This document shows, piece after piece, positions 9,402 to 19,794 of a stretch of DNA of 64,000 nucleotides. Source of the DNA: Thermodesulfobacteriota bacterium (lineage in GTDB: Bacteria > Desulfobacterota_D > UBA1144 > Nemesobacterales > JAJCZQ01). The notes beneath the pieces were generated by a model. The model searched no databases. It was not told where the DNA came from and saw only the letters and a program-made list of their open reading frames with translations. Each line of letters begins with the position of its first letter. The stretch's first letter is position 1. Location of the stretch: positions 192,001 to 256,000 of the forward strand of contig CBDBDR010000017.1 in assembly GCA_965203965.1 (NCBI GenBank). The letters run 5' to 3'. The translations under genes and the position numbers were made by a program.

Positions 9402-10304
9402 ATGATAGCTAAGCAGCGTAGATTATTAACTTACAATGCCCCAGATGAATTTGAAATTAACGCTCTTCTGACCACTCCCGAGTTTAAAAGCGAGGAGGAG
9501 TTGTTTAAGAAACCGATAATCATCAACGTGCATGGTGTGCTGGGTAACTTTCTTGCCAGAGGAACTCCTCAAATCCTCCCAACTGTTTTATTGGAAAAAG
9601 GTATAAGTACACTTTCCATTAATACAAGAATGGGGTTTCTAGGACAGATATTTGGTGAAGGTATATACCATGAAGCCAGTCAGGATATAGACGAGTCGGT
9701 GAACATGCTTGAAAAGGAAGGTTTTGAGAACATATACGTGCTGGGCTACAGCCTTGGTGCAAATCTTGCCGTTTATTATGCAACGCAGAACAGTGATACG
9801 AATGTAAAAGGATTTATACTTGAAGGATGCTCTTACTCATTACCTGATTCGCAAAAAAGAAGATTGAAAAAATTTAATAGTATTCCCCAGTATGAGGATA
9901 TATACAAAAGGGCACAGCAGATCCTCGGACCCGACCCGTATAGTAGTAGGAACGATCAAGTATTTATAATTTACAGGGCTTGGGGAGACACTTTTAATCC
10001 GATTGATATAGAGATATTTACATACAAAACATGGTGGTTTATGAGGAGTCCAGAGGCTGAGAACGCTAAAACGTGCAAGCATATAGCTGGAGTCAAGACA
10101 CCTGTTTTGTTTATCCATGGGAAAGAAGATGATGTTGTTGACCTCTGGGAGCCCGAAGAATTAAAAAGGATTTTAAATGAAGCCGGGAACAAAAATGTCT
10201 CGCTTGTTTATATTCCCGATGCTAAACATGACTGTATGGAAAACCCTGAAAGTATGGTTCAGGTAATTACTGCCTGGCTGTCCAATCACGGCTTTTGTTA
10301 TTAA
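9402..10304 (+). CDS. Alpha/beta hydrolase, paralog of the upstream gene
   Basis: NVHGVLGNF, GYSLG, HGKEDDVV, AKHD; shares TYKTWWF with neighbour. Confidence 0.85.
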   Translation: MIAKQRRLLTYNAPDEFEINALLTTPEFKSEEELFKKPIIINVHGVLGNFLARGTPQILPTVLLEKGISTLSINTRMGFLGQIFGEGIYHEASQDIDESVNMLEKEGFENIYVLGYSLGANLAVYYATQNSDTNVKGFILEGCSYSLPDSQKRRLKKFNSIPQYEDIYKRAQQILGPDPYSSRNDQVFIIYRAWGDTFNPIDIEIFTYKTWWFMRSPEAENAKTCKHIAGVKTPVLFIHGKEDDVVDLWEPEELKRILNEAGNKNVSLVYIPDAKHDCMENPESMVQVITAWLSNHGFCY

Positions 10305-10427
10305 AATTCCTGTCATTACTGGGGGGAGAGGGTGCTCGTCTTGAAAAAGATATAAAATAATATATGCTGCTTACCCTTATTCCAAAGTGATTATCAAAGG
10401 TAACTAACTAACGGAGGTTTCTGGCAG

Positions 10428-11981
10428 ATGATTGTATCAGTAGATGGTGTTAAGTTATTAGAGCATCATGGAATTAAAAATACAGGAAGGGTGTATTACA
10501 ATCTTTCCATTCCCGAGCTTTATGAAGAGTTTATTAAGCGCGGTGAAGGGCAAATCGGGCAAGCTGGAACTCTTGTTGCGGACACCAGGCCACATACGGG
10601 AAGATCACCTAAAGACAGGTTTATAGTTAAAGAACCTTCGACCGAAGATAGAATTAATTGGGATTCAGTGAACCAACCAATTTCATCTGAAGCATTTAAT
10701 TCGCTCTACAATAAGGTTATGAATTATTTTGAAGGCAAAGACATTTTTGTCAGGGATATGTGTGTTTGTGCACATCCTGATTATAAAACAAACATCAGGG
10801 TGATCAACGAATTTGCCTGGCATAATATTTTTGTAAATAATCTCTTCATAAGACCTGAAACATCTAATTTGCCTCATAAGGGAGTTGGCTTTACGGTTAT
10901 TTCAGCCCCGGGTTTTCAAGCAGATCCAAAAGTGGACGCTACGAGAAGTGAAACGTTTATAATCTTGAATTTGCAAAAAAGGATAGCTCTGATAGGAGGA
11001 ACCAAATATGCAGGTGAGATGAAAAAATCCGTGTTTGCTGCTATGAATTTTTTACTGCCTGAAAGAAACGTGTTCCCTATGCACTGTTCTGCCAACGTTG
11101 GTAAAGAGGGTGACGTTGCTTTATTTTTTGGATTATCTGGAACGGGTAAGACTACTTTATCCGCGGATCCGGAAAGAGATTTGATAGGAGATGATGAGCA
11201 CGGGTGGTTTGATCAAGGTGTATTTAACTTTGAAGGTGGTTGTTATGCTAAGGTTATCAAACTGAACCCGGAGACTGAACCTGAAATATATAATGCGACT
11301 TTGCGTTTCGGTTCCGTTTTGGAGAATGTGGAGATGGACACTGAAACAAGAGAGATAAAATTTGATAGCAATAATTTTACTGAAAATACAAGAAGTGCTT
11401 ATCAGCTCAATTCGCTGAACGGCATAGTTGAGGACGGCATAGGCAAGGTGCCTTCAACAATTTTTATGCTAACTTACGATGCGTTTGGCGTTTTACCTCC
11501 CATATCCAAACTGACGCCCGAGCAGGCAATGTATTTTTTCCTGCTTGGTTATACTGCAAAAGTGGCAGGCACAGAACGAGGTGTGAGTGTACCTCAGGCA
11601 ACTTTCAGTTCTTGTTTTGGTGCACCTTTTCTTCCGCGACCGCCAAAATTTTATGGTGAGATGATGAAAAAGAAAATGGAGAAGCACAAGGTTAGCGTAT
11701 GGCTTCTTAATACTGGTATATGCGGGGGACCGTATGGCATTGGAGAGAGAATGTCTTTGTCCTCAACCAGATCGCTGGTTAGTGCGGCTATAAATGGCAC
11801 ACTTAACAAATCCGAATTTGTTGAAGTTCCTATTTTAGAACTTAAAGTTCCGGTGAACTGCCCTGGAGTTGATCCAAAGTTATTGCAGCCCAGACTTTCA
11901 TGGGGTAATGCCAAAGAGTATGATGAAAAAGCAAATGAATTGAAAAAGTTGTTTGAAGAGAAGCATAAAAGTCATATATAA
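10428..11981 (+). CDS. pckA: Phosphoenolpyruvate carboxykinase (ATP)
   Basis: YAGEMKK, FFGLSGTGKTTLS, LIGDDEHGW, FNFEGGCYAK. Confidence 0.98.
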   Translation: MIVSVDGVKLLEHHGIKNTGRVYYNLSIPELYEEFIKRGEGQIGQAGTLVADTRPHTGRSPKDRFIVKEPSTEDRINWDSVNQPISSEAFNSLYNKVMNYFEGKDIFVRDMCVCAHPDYKTNIRVINEFAWHNIFVNNLFIRPETSNLPHKGVGFTVISAPGFQADPKVDATRSETFIILNLQKRIALIGGTKYAGEMKKSVFAAMNFLLPERNVFPMHCSANVGKEGDVALFFGLSGTGKTTLSADPERDLIGDDEHGWFDQGVFNFEGGCYAKVIKLNPETEPEIYNATLRFGSVLENVEMDTETREIKFDSNNFTENTRSAYQLNSLNGIVEDGIGKVPSTIFMLTYDAFGVLPPISKLTPEQAMYFFLLGYTAKVAGTERGVSVPQATFSSCFGAPFLPRPPKFYGEMMKKKMEKHKVSVWLLNTGICGGPYGIGERMSLSSTRSLVSAAINGTLNKSEFVEVPILELKVPVNCPGVDPKLLQPRLSWGNAKEYDEKANELKKLFEEKHKSHI

Positions 11982-12048
11982 CTGTTTGTCAGTTTTGTGA
12001 AAATAGTTAAATATTTATTTGCTGTTGTCTCAAGGTGGGAGAAAATTT

Positions 12049-12315
12049 ATGGAAAGTAATGAGATTGATTTAGAGAAAACTCTTTCAATCTGGTGGTCAA
12101 TGTTTTGGCGTGTCTTCCTAGTTGGTATGCTGGTTGGTGCTATGCTCGGGGTTGTTGTTGGATCCATTGCATCGGTTATGGGATATTCTGAATTTTCTGG
12201 TTTGGTTGGTGCAGTAATGAGTTGGATTGGTTCAATTTCAGTTTCTATCTGGGCATTAAAGGCATCACTCTCAAAGAAACACGGTGGTTATTCCGTTGTA
12301 TTAGTTAAATCCTGA
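12049..12315 (+). CDS. Small membrane protein, unknown function
   Basis: Two Gly-rich hydrophobic segments; GGGAG upstream of ATG 12049. Confidence 0.7.
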   Translation: MESNEIDLEKTLSIWWSMFWRVFLVGMLVGAMLGVVVGSIASVMGYSEFSGLVGAVMSWIGSISVSIWALKASLSKKHGGYSVVLVKS

Positions 12316-12370
12316 TTAACTGTTACCTCTTAACAAATGCTGAAATATTCTAAAAGTAATACTGTTTTAT

Positions 12371-12448
12371 TGGCGTCCCCGAGGGGATTTGAACCCCTGT
12401 TACCGGCGTGAAAGGCCGATGTCCTAGGCCTGGCTAGACGACGGGGAC
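12371..12448 (-). tRNA. tRNA-Glu(TTC), CCA encoded
   Basis: Reverse complement GTCCCCGTCGTCTAG...CTTTCAC...GGTTCAAATCCCCTCGGGGACGCCA. Confidence 0.96.
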
Positions 12449-12454
12449 GCTGAA

Positions 12455-12528
12455 TGAGCCGTACAGGATTCGAACCTGTGACCCACTGCTTAAAAGGCAG
12501 TTGCTCTACCAAGCTGAGCTAACGGCTC
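12455..12528 (-). tRNA. tRNA-Lys(TTT), CCA not encoded
   Basis: Reverse complement GAGCCGTTAGCTCAG...CTTTTAA...GGTTCGAATCC...CGGCTCA; 6 nt upstream of tRNA-Glu. Confidence 0.96.
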
Positions 12529-12638
12529 AAACTGAACGCAACACTATATCACTAAAGGATATGTTGTCAAAATTAGTAGCCCGGCATTAATTTTATGTAG
12601 TTGCATGAGAAAATTAAAACTCTTGTGTAAAATGTATA

Positions 12639-13802
12639 ATGATTTCAGGTCTTGATAAAGTCCAGAAAAAAAACTTTACACTGCTCATACTGGCTAATTT
12701 TTTCTTCTTTTGTAATTTTTCAGCTTTTTTCCTGCTACCACTTTTTATAAAAGATCTTGGGGGAGATGAGGCGGAAATTGGATATATAATGGGTGCTTTC
12801 GGTATAACTTCTCTGGGTTCAATTCCATTTGTTTCTCACTTGATTGACAAATATGGGAGGAAATATTTCATGATCTTTGGTGGGTTTTTGATATTTATTT
12901 CCACTATATCGTTTTTACTGATTAGGGATATTGGGGTTGCAATTTATGTTCTCAGGCTTATGCAGGGGGTTGGTTTTGCCTTCTTTTTTACGTCCGCAAG
13001 CACTTCGGTTTCAGATAACATCCCACAAAATATAAGAGCTCACGGTCTCGGGGTTTTTGGTGCTTTTACGATCATGTCATACTCGATTGGTCCTTCAATA
13101 GGGGAACTTGTAATAAGCAAGTTCGGATTTGATATCTTTTTTGTTTACTCTTCCTCTTTCAGTTTGATTGCAATTGTCATCATCCTCTTTGCAGGTGACG
13201 GGCGGTTTACAAAATCGGGTAACGGATCCACTCTTGCTTTTTTTAATCTGATATGCTCACAAAGATATAGACTTATACTACTTATAAATTTGGTTATAGC
13301 TTGTGGGCTTGGCAGCGTTCTTCATTTCTTTTCAGTTTTCCTCAGGTCAAAAAATTTCAGTGTGTCTGCCTTTTTTCTGACTTACGCTGTTACTGTACTC
13401 ATAATTCGCGTTCTTGGGAGCAAAGCTTCTGACAGATTTAATAGGAAATTCATAGCCTCACCGAGCATGTTGCTGATGTCTTTGTCACTGATTTTTGTGT
13501 TTACCATTGATTCTCTTCACAAGGCGATTGTGGTCTCCCTGTTGTTCAGTATCGGATATGGCTTTTTATACCCAACTATCAGTGCGATAATAATAGACAG
13601 AGCTTCTTCATCCGAAAGAGGTAAGGCAATGGGTGCGTTTAACGGTTCATTCAGTTTAGGTATAAATTATATTGCTTTTCCCCTTGGTATATTGGCTAAA
13701 TATTTTGGATTTCCCGTGATGTATATGATTACCGGTATGTTTGTTTTTGTGGGATTTCTAATATACACAATTTTTGAGAACGACACCCGATATGAAAATT
13801 AA
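12639..13802 (+). CDS. Major facilitator superfamily transporter
   Basis: About 12 TM segments; motif A-like LIDKYGRK and ASDRFNRK; RLMQGVG. Confidence 0.92.
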   Translation: MISGLDKVQKKNFTLLILANFFFFCNFSAFFLLPLFIKDLGGDEAEIGYIMGAFGITSLGSIPFVSHLIDKYGRKYFMIFGGFLIFISTISFLLIRDIGVAIYVLRLMQGVGFAFFFTSASTSVSDNIPQNIRAHGLGVFGAFTIMSYSIGPSIGELVISKFGFDIFFVYSSSFSLIAIVIILFAGDGRFTKSGNGSTLAFFNLICSQRYRLILLINLVIACGLGSVLHFFSVFLRSKNFSVSAFFLTYAVTVLIIRVLGSKASDRFNRKFIASPSMLLMSLSLIFVFTIDSLHKAIVVSLLFSIGYGFLYPTISAIIIDRASSSERGKAMGAFNGSFSLGINYIAFPLGILAKYFGFPVMYMITGMFVFVGFLIYTIFENDTRYEN

Positions 13803-14196
13803 GCCAAATGACCGTGTGTTGATACTTGCTCCGGATGAGAAATCTACCTGCTGAAGGTTGAAAGGCATGGAATTTTTCATACTAATAAGGGAATATTGGA
13901 TTTTAACGATATATAATTAGGAAAAGAATTTAGTTACTCTGTTGTTTCCTCTCTTGGTCATTATTATCCTGCTTGAATCTACAGTGGAAGACAAAATGAT
14001 GGAGGTGCTCAAGATCATATATCCAAAAAACGCTGCGTTATTCACATGCGAAACGTGGGATTTGTCTATATAGGAAACATTTGAGATAATTATTAGAAAT
14101 TACCTTGTAAGTCCAGGAAAGACTATACCAATTGATAGGATAGTTGCTCACACGGGATTTATAACAGTTGGGAGAAAATCCAGTAAACAATTTTGA
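13792..14196 (+). pseudogene. trmI: tRNA (adenine58-N1)-methyltransferase pseudogene (frameshifts, stops, internal deletion)
   Basis: Fragments MKIKPNDRVLILAPDEK / YLLKVERHGIFHTNKGILDFNDI*LGKEF / VEDKMMEVLKIIYPKNAA / ETFEIIIRNYLVSPGKTIPIDRIVAHTGFITVGRK match TrmI FHTxxG, IIYPKD and DRMVAHTGF motifs; SAM-binding core absent. Confidence 0.85.
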
Positions 14197-14232
14197 TGTT
14201 TAAAATTTATAATGATAATAGGTAGTTACAAG

Positions 14233-15003
14233 ATGCGTTTCGTATTGATTATCTTGCTGTTTCTTTCTTGTGGCAGCACGGATAGAAAAAACAGCTATGA
14301 AGTGCTGGGCATTATTGATGGTGATACAATTATAATCAACCATCCAAAGGTTGATAGACTGAGATACATTGGAATAGATGCTCCTGAGGTGCTGAATAAT
14401 TATTCACCGGGTGAGCCTTTCCAACTGGAGTCTACAAACTTGAACAAAAAGCTGGTTGGTGGCAAGAAAATAACCGTGGAATATGATCAGGAGAAATATG
14501 GTCCTTATGGAAGGTTGCTTGGATACGTTTTTGTAGATGGTGTTCTGGTCAATAAGGAGATAGTAAGGCGAGGTCTAGCGAGAGCCTCATTTATAGGAGT
14601 AAACAGAAAGTATGAGGATATAATTCTTAAAGCTCAACAAGAAGCAAGGAAAGCCAAACAGGGAATATGGGGTGATCCGGGTAGATTTCAAGCTCCAAAA
14701 GACAACAGACGTTTTCTCATTAAACCAAAAGACGCCAAGCGTTATATTGATAAAAGTGTTTTGGTAAGAGGCAAGGTAACAAAATTGATCAAAAAGAAAG
14801 ATAAAGTGATAGTGCTGAGAGTAAACAATTTGTTAAACATAACGTTTTTTAAGAGCGATTTTGACAATTTCAGATTTTTTGGGATTGACCCATCGAATTT
14901 TTATCTGGGGAAATACGTTGAAGTGATTGGACGTATAAGGATGTACAGGGGATATCCTCAGATAATAGTAGAACATCCTATATCGATCAAGGTATTAGAT
15001 TGA
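14233..15003 (+). CDS. Thermonuclease (SNase) family lipoprotein with C-terminal OB-fold-like domain
   Basis: Lipobox FLSC; IIDGDT, RYIGIDAPE, YGRLLGYV, GLAR, GIW. Confidence 0.88.
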   Translation: MRFVLIILLFLSCGSTDRKNSYEVLGIIDGDTIIINHPKVDRLRYIGIDAPEVLNNYSPGEPFQLESTNLNKKLVGGKKITVEYDQEKYGPYGRLLGYVFVDGVLVNKEIVRRGLARASFIGVNRKYEDIILKAQQEARKAKQGIWGDPGRFQAPKDNRRFLIKPKDAKRYIDKSVLVRGKVTKLIKKKDKVIVLRVNNLLNITFFKSDFDNFRFFGIDPSNFYLGKYVEVIGRIRMYRGYPQIIVEHPISIKVLD

Positions 15004-15650
15004 GTTTAGAAGGTTTGCTCGGCGAAGGTGCCGCGGACTTGGGTATTCAACTAGAAGATGTTCAAATTCAAAAACTCATAACTTATCTCAAGTTGTTAAA
15101 AAAATGGAACAGAAGGATAAACCTTACTTCTGTAACGGACGGTAAAGATATTGTTATAAAGCATTTTCTAGATTCCCTTTCTATTTCGGAGTTGTTGAGT
15201 ATGAATGCCCGTATATTGGATATAGGCTCCGGCGCAGGTTTTCCCGGACTTCCTCTGTCCATTGTCAATCCCGGTCTATCCGTAACCCTTCTTGATACCG
15301 TTGGGAAAAAGGTAGTGTTTATGAGAGAGGTAATAAGAAAGCTGAAATTAAATAATGCAGTGGCGATTACAGGAAAAGCGGAAGATGTAAACAGCAAACT
15401 GGCAATTAGTTCCTTTGACTTTGTTCTTACCAGAGCGGTGGGCAGTATTAAAGAGGTTTTGAATGTGTCCCTTCCTTATGTTAAAAACGATGGCAAAGTG
15501 TTGCTCATGCGAGGCAAAGACGGTGAACGGGAATGGAGTTCTTTTATTAACGGTTTAGATAGTAACAAGAGAAACTGCTTGAAGGCTAAAAAGCTGAAAT
15601 TCAGGCTTCCATTCAGTGATTATAAAAGGGTAGTATTGATTGTGGGGTGA
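15000..15650 (+). CDS. rsmG: 16S rRNA m7G527 methyltransferase
   Basis: KWNRRINLTS, KHFLDSL, DIGSGAGFPG, TRAV. Confidence 0.96.
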   Translation: MSLEGLLGEGAADLGIQLEDVQIQKLITYLKLLKKWNRRINLTSVTDGKDIVIKHFLDSLSISELLSMNARILDIGSGAGFPGLPLSIVNPGLSVTLLDTVGKKVVFMREVIRKLKLNNAVAITGKAEDVNSKLAISSFDFVLTRAVGSIKEVLNVSLPYVKNDGKVLLMRGKDGEREWSSFINGLDSNKRNCLKAKKLKFRLPFSDYKRVVLIVG

Positions 15651-15758
15651 TTTAATTAATCTAATCGTATCACTACGGTATGTTGTGTTGGGAGTTTGTT
15701 GAAATTTAGTGGGTTGAAAGGTAGAGTATGCACCTAATTTTTACTTGAGCAATGATCT

Positions 15759-16616
15759 ATGTTTAAAATAGGAATAATTGGTGGAAGTGGTTTATATGAT
15801 ATGGATGGTATTGAGAATGTGGAGTCTCTAAATATATCAACTCCCTGGGGAGGTCCTTCCGGAGAAATATTAAAAGGTAATCTTGGTGACACAGAATTTT
15901 TGTTTTTACCTCGTCACGGCAAAGGACATAAAATTACACCTTCGGATATTAACTACCGTGCAAATATTTATGCAATGAAGATGCTGGGTGTAAATTGGAT
16001 AATTTCCGTAAGTGCAGTTGGTAGTATGAAGAATGAAATCGTGCCAGGACACGTTGTGATCCCCTCGCAATTCATCGATTTTACCAAAAAACGAGAGTCA
16101 ACGTTCTTCGGTAATGGTGTTGTAGCCCACGTGTCAATGGCTGATCCAGTCTGTCCTCAACTGTCACAGGTTCTGTTTGATGCAGCCGTCGGTTCTGGAG
16201 CCACTGCACATAAAGGAGGAACTTATATATGCATTGAGGGCCCACAGTTTTCCTCCAAAGGAGAGAGCGAGCTATACAGGCGTTGGGACGTGGATGTTAT
16301 CGGTATGACAAATATGCCAGAAGCCAAGTTGGCAAGAGAAGCAGAGATATGCTATTCTACGATGGCGTTTTCAACGGACTACGACTGCTGGCATGAAGAT
16401 CATGACGAGGTCACCGTTGACGATATTATTGAAACCCTTCAGCAAAACGTTGCCATGGCAAAGTCCATAATCAAGGAAGTGGCGGAGAAGATACCAAGTG
16501 GGATAGAATGTAAGTGTAGTTCAGCGTTGGAAAATTCTGTGATTACACAGCAAGACGAGATCAAAGATATTGAAATTGATAAGATCAGCCTGTTAATAGG
16601 AAAATATTTAAAGTGA
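15759..16616 (+). CDS. mtnP: S-methyl-5'-thioadenosine phosphorylase
   Basis: IGIIGGSG, PRHG, NYRANIYA, EGPQFS, IGMTNMPEAKLAREA, TDYDCW. Confidence 0.95.
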   Translation: MFKIGIIGGSGLYDMDGIENVESLNISTPWGGPSGEILKGNLGDTEFLFLPRHGKGHKITPSDINYRANIYAMKMLGVNWIISVSAVGSMKNEIVPGHVVIPSQFIDFTKKRESTFFGNGVVAHVSMADPVCPQLSQVLFDAAVGSGATAHKGGTYICIEGPQFSSKGESELYRRWDVDVIGMTNMPEAKLAREAEICYSTMAFSTDYDCWHEDHDEVTVDDIIETLQQNVAMAKSIIKEVAEKIPSGIECKCSSALENSVITQQDEIKDIEIDKISLLIGKYLK

Positions 16617-17518
16617 GCTTACTTGTTGTTGGTTCAATGGCACTTGATTCCGTTAGAACACCGTTTGGAGAGGCTAATAATGTGCTCGGCGGTTCCGCTT
16701 CTTATTTTTCTCTTGCCGCAAGTCATTTTACGCGTGTGAATGTTATATCAGTGATTGGGTCAGATTTTCCCAGAGAGCATCTTGAACTGTTAAAGAAGAG
16801 AGACATAAATGTAGAGGGTGTCAAAAAAGAGGAAGGTTACAGTTTTAGATGGGAAGGTGAATATGGGTATGACCTGTCTGAGGCAAAAACATTGTCAACT
16901 CATTTAAACGTATTCGAAACTTTCAATCCCGTTGTGCCAGAATATCTCCAGGACGCCAAATACTTATTTCTGGCAAATATTGATCCTGAAATTCAGCTGT
17001 CCGTACTTAAACAGGTAAAGAACCCCAGTGTTGTAGCTTGTGATACAATGAATTTCTGGATAGAGAATAAACCCGATGAACTCAAACGCCTTCTAGGCTA
17101 CGTTGATATTCTGATAATCAACGATTCTGAAACAAGAGAGTTAGCAGGTGAGCCAATGATAGTCAAGGCGGCGCGTAAAATAATAGAAATGGGACCCAAA
17201 GTTCTCATAATTAAAAGAGGAGAATATGGCTCGTTGATGTTCAGTTCTGAAGGCATCTTTTATGCACCAAGCTACCCACTTGAGGATGTTTTCGATCCAA
17301 CAGGTGCCGGTGATACCTTTGCCGGTGGTTTTATGGGATATATTGCCTGTTGGAATATGACACGTATTGAAGATTATAAAAAAGCTATTTTGTATGGTAG
17401 TGTTCTGGCATCTTTCACTGTGGAGGATTTCAGCGTCAACGGGTTGGCAAATATTAACAAAGAAGATATAGCCACTAGATATCTTGCCTTCATAAAGCTC
17501 TCAAGTCTTGAGTCCTGA
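16613..17518 (+). CDS. PfkB family sugar/nucleoside kinase
   Basis: LGGSA and DPTGAGDTFAGG signatures; overlaps mtnP stop. Confidence 0.92.
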   Translation: MSLLVVGSMALDSVRTPFGEANNVLGGSASYFSLAASHFTRVNVISVIGSDFPREHLELLKKRDINVEGVKKEEGYSFRWEGEYGYDLSEAKTLSTHLNVFETFNPVVPEYLQDAKYLFLANIDPEIQLSVLKQVKNPSVVACDTMNFWIENKPDELKRLLGYVDILIINDSETRELAGEPMIVKAARKIIEMGPKVLIIKRGEYGSLMFSSEGIFYAPSYPLEDVFDPTGAGDTFAGGFMGYIACWNMTRIEDYKKAILYGSVLASFTVEDFSVNGLANINKEDIATRYLAFIKLSSLES

Positions 17519-17519
17519 T

Positions 17520-18311
17520 ATGAAAAAAACTTTTTCTTTACTGTTGTTGATCGTGTTTCTTGCTTTTTCCTACTCATGCGTCAAGTTGGGAGCTACAAGT
17601 GAAAAGAGAGATCAGGAAGATCAAAAGCAGCTATTTAATCAAAAGCAGTTGGCAATTGCTTCCATCAGAAGAGGAAATTACAGACAGGCAATAGAAGATA
17701 TTGCTATTGCAGAAAAGATCAATGCGCAGGATCCCGAGATCTACGTTATAAAGGGCGCGATTTACTACGGTTTGAAAGAATACAGGATAGCCGAATCAAA
17801 TTACTTACAGGCTTTGAATGTTGACAATAGCTATACCAAAGCTCGTTACAATCTCTGCGGTCTTTACTTAGTTCAGAACAGGCTTGATGAAGCGATAAAG
17901 CAATGCTCTATTGCAGGGTCAGATATTCTATACGAGGCAAAACCGAGTGTGTTTACCAATCTCGGAAAAGCTTATTTTAAGAAGGGACAAATAGAAAAAG
18001 CACAAAAGTATTACAATAAAGCCCTTGAGATAAATCCTGCCTACGTATATACACGTAATGAACTGGGCAAACTTTATCTGTCTATTAGCAGAGAAAATGA
18101 TGCAGTCCATGAATTTAAACAAGCTGTAAGAGGATTGCCTGAATATGAAGAGGCACATTTCAACCTTGGAATTACCTATCTGAAGCTAGGAGAAAGATTA
18201 CTGGCTTGTCAGCAGTTTGATAAGGTTGTGTCAATGAGTCCAAATTCTAAACTCGGAATAGACTCAGCAAAATACCTTGGCACTATCTGCGTTAAAGAGC
18301 GTAAGAATTAA
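17520..18311 (+). CDS. TPR lipoprotein, PilF/PilW/Tgl pilotin-like
   Basis: Lipobox SYSC, several TPRs, ARYNLCGLYL...DILYE...TNLG pattern. Confidence 0.7.
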   Translation: MKKTFSLLLLIVFLAFSYSCVKLGATSEKRDQEDQKQLFNQKQLAIASIRRGNYRQAIEDIAIAEKINAQDPEIYVIKGAIYYGLKEYRIAESNYLQALNVDNSYTKARYNLCGLYLVQNRLDEAIKQCSIAGSDILYEAKPSVFTNLGKAYFKKGQIEKAQKYYNKALEINPAYVYTRNELGKLYLSISRENDAVHEFKQAVRGLPEYEEAHFNLGITYLKLGERLLACQQFDKVVSMSPNSKLGIDSAKYLGTICVKERKN

Positions 18312-19759
18312 CTTTTTCTGATCTTGTCTATTATGTGAGAGGTTGACCTGTTTTTTTCAAGGGGAATTATTTTTACTTCACCCCCGCAGCGTTCCACAAA
18401 AGTTTTACCGACTACTTGGTCTTTTTTATAGTCCCCGCCTTTTGTAATAACGTCGGGTTTCAACTTCTTTATAGTGTTCAAAGGAGTATCTTCGTCAAAG
18501 ATCACAACATAATCCACAAAGTCAAAAGATGAGATAATTGTTGCACGGTCAGCCTCTGAGACGACTGGTTTATTGTTACTCTTATATCTTCTTATGGACT
18601 CATCACTGTTGAGTGCTACAACTAATAGATCACCGTGTTTTATGGACTCTCTTAATATCTTAATGTGCCCGGTGTGAAGGATATCAAAGCAGCCATTGGT
18701 AAAAACAATTTTTTCTCCTCTTTTTTTCCTTTCGGTAATTATTATGCTCAGATCCTTTACGTTTTGTATTTTTAAACGTGAAGGAGATCCTTTTTCTAAA
18801 CTGTGCAATAGTTGGTTTTGCGTCAAGGATGATGTTCCGAGTTTGCCGATCACTATTGAAGAAGCTGCATTGGCTATCTGTGCGGCAGATTGCCATGAAT
18901 CAGAGCATAGAACTGACAGGGTGAATGCGGATATGAAAGTGTCTCCGGCTCCTGTTACGTCACATATCTCTTTTTCAAAAGTTGGAACATGAGAAATCTT
19001 TTTGTCTTTTATAAAACTGATGCCTTCTCTTCCTTTTGTGATAATGACCCCGCCTGATTCTGTGTCATTTTGCAATCTTCTAAGGGTTTTGGCAAGCGTG
19101 GCTTTATCTGAAATGGGGTGACCACAGGCAATTTCAGCTTCTCGTCTGTTTGGTGTTATGACGTTTGCACCTTTATATTTGGTAAAATCTTTCCCTTTAG
19201 GGTCAACTGCAACCAATGCCCTGAACTTCTTAGCCAATTTTATTGTTTTTATAGAAACCTTATTTGTGACTGTTCCTTTGTTGTAATCAGAGATTATTAT
19301 CCCATCCGGCTTAATTGATGGAATAATCTCGGTTAGTTTGTCCAATAACTGATCTTGTGTATCAGAGGAAATTTCAGAGCTGCATTCTTCATCAATTCTT
19401 AGAAGTTGTTGATTGTTGGAGACAATCCTTGTTTTAAGAGTTGTTGGCTTGCTCTTATCTTTAATAATGTTTTCGGAGTTTATACCAGTCTTGTTCAGCA
19501 GTCTTTGTATGATTCTTCCGTTGTTATCTTTACCGATTATTCCGACCAAGTATGTCTTGGCACCCAGTTTAGTAACGTTTTTTGCAACGTTTGAAGCTCC
19601 ACCAAGGTGATATTCCGTATTACTGTAATTAACTATGGGGATAGGAGCCTCGAGTGATATACGGCTGCTTATGCCGAACACATATTTGTCAAGAATCAAG
19701 TCGCCAATCACAAGCACCTTTTTATTCTTGAAGTTATTAATGATTGAGCGGTAATCCAT
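18308..19759 (-). CDS. hldE: Bifunctional heptose-7-phosphate kinase / heptose-1-phosphate adenylyltransferase
   Basis: GDLILD...RISLEAPIP, DVTGAGDT, FTNGCFDILHTGH, KGGDY. Confidence 0.96.
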   Translation of the reverse strand: MDYRSIINNFKNKKVLVIGDLILDKYVFGISSRISLEAPIPIVNYSNTEYHLGGASNVAKNVTKLGAKTYLVGIIGKDNNGRIIQRLLNKTGINSENIIKDKSKPTTLKTRIVSNNQQLLRIDEECSSEISSDTQDQLLDKLTEIIPSIKPDGIIISDYNKGTVTNKVSIKTIKLAKKFRALVAVDPKGKDFTKYKGANVITPNRREAEIACGHPISDKATLAKTLRRLQNDTESGGVIITKGREGISFIKDKKISHVPTFEKEICDVTGAGDTFISAFTLSVLCSDSWQSAAQIANAASSIVIGKLGTSSLTQNQLLHSLEKGSPSRLKIQNVKDLSIIITERKKRGEKIVFTNGCFDILHTGHIKILRESIKHGDLLVVALNSDESIRRYKSNNKPVVSEADRATIISSFDFVDYVVIFDEDTPLNTIKKLKPDVITKGGDYKKDQVVGKTFVERCGGEVKIIPLEKNRSTSHIIDKIRKS

Positions 19760-19794
19760 ATTTTCAGTCTGAAATGATTGCTTATTTGGAACCG

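Noticed and set aside
12330..12512. 60-aa minus-strand ORF
   Set aside because: Overlaps tRNA-Lys and tRNA-Glu; spurious translation.
15759..17518. mtnP-pfkB pair as a new pathway
   Set aside because: A familiar nucleoside-salvage pairing; nothing in the sequence indicates novelty.
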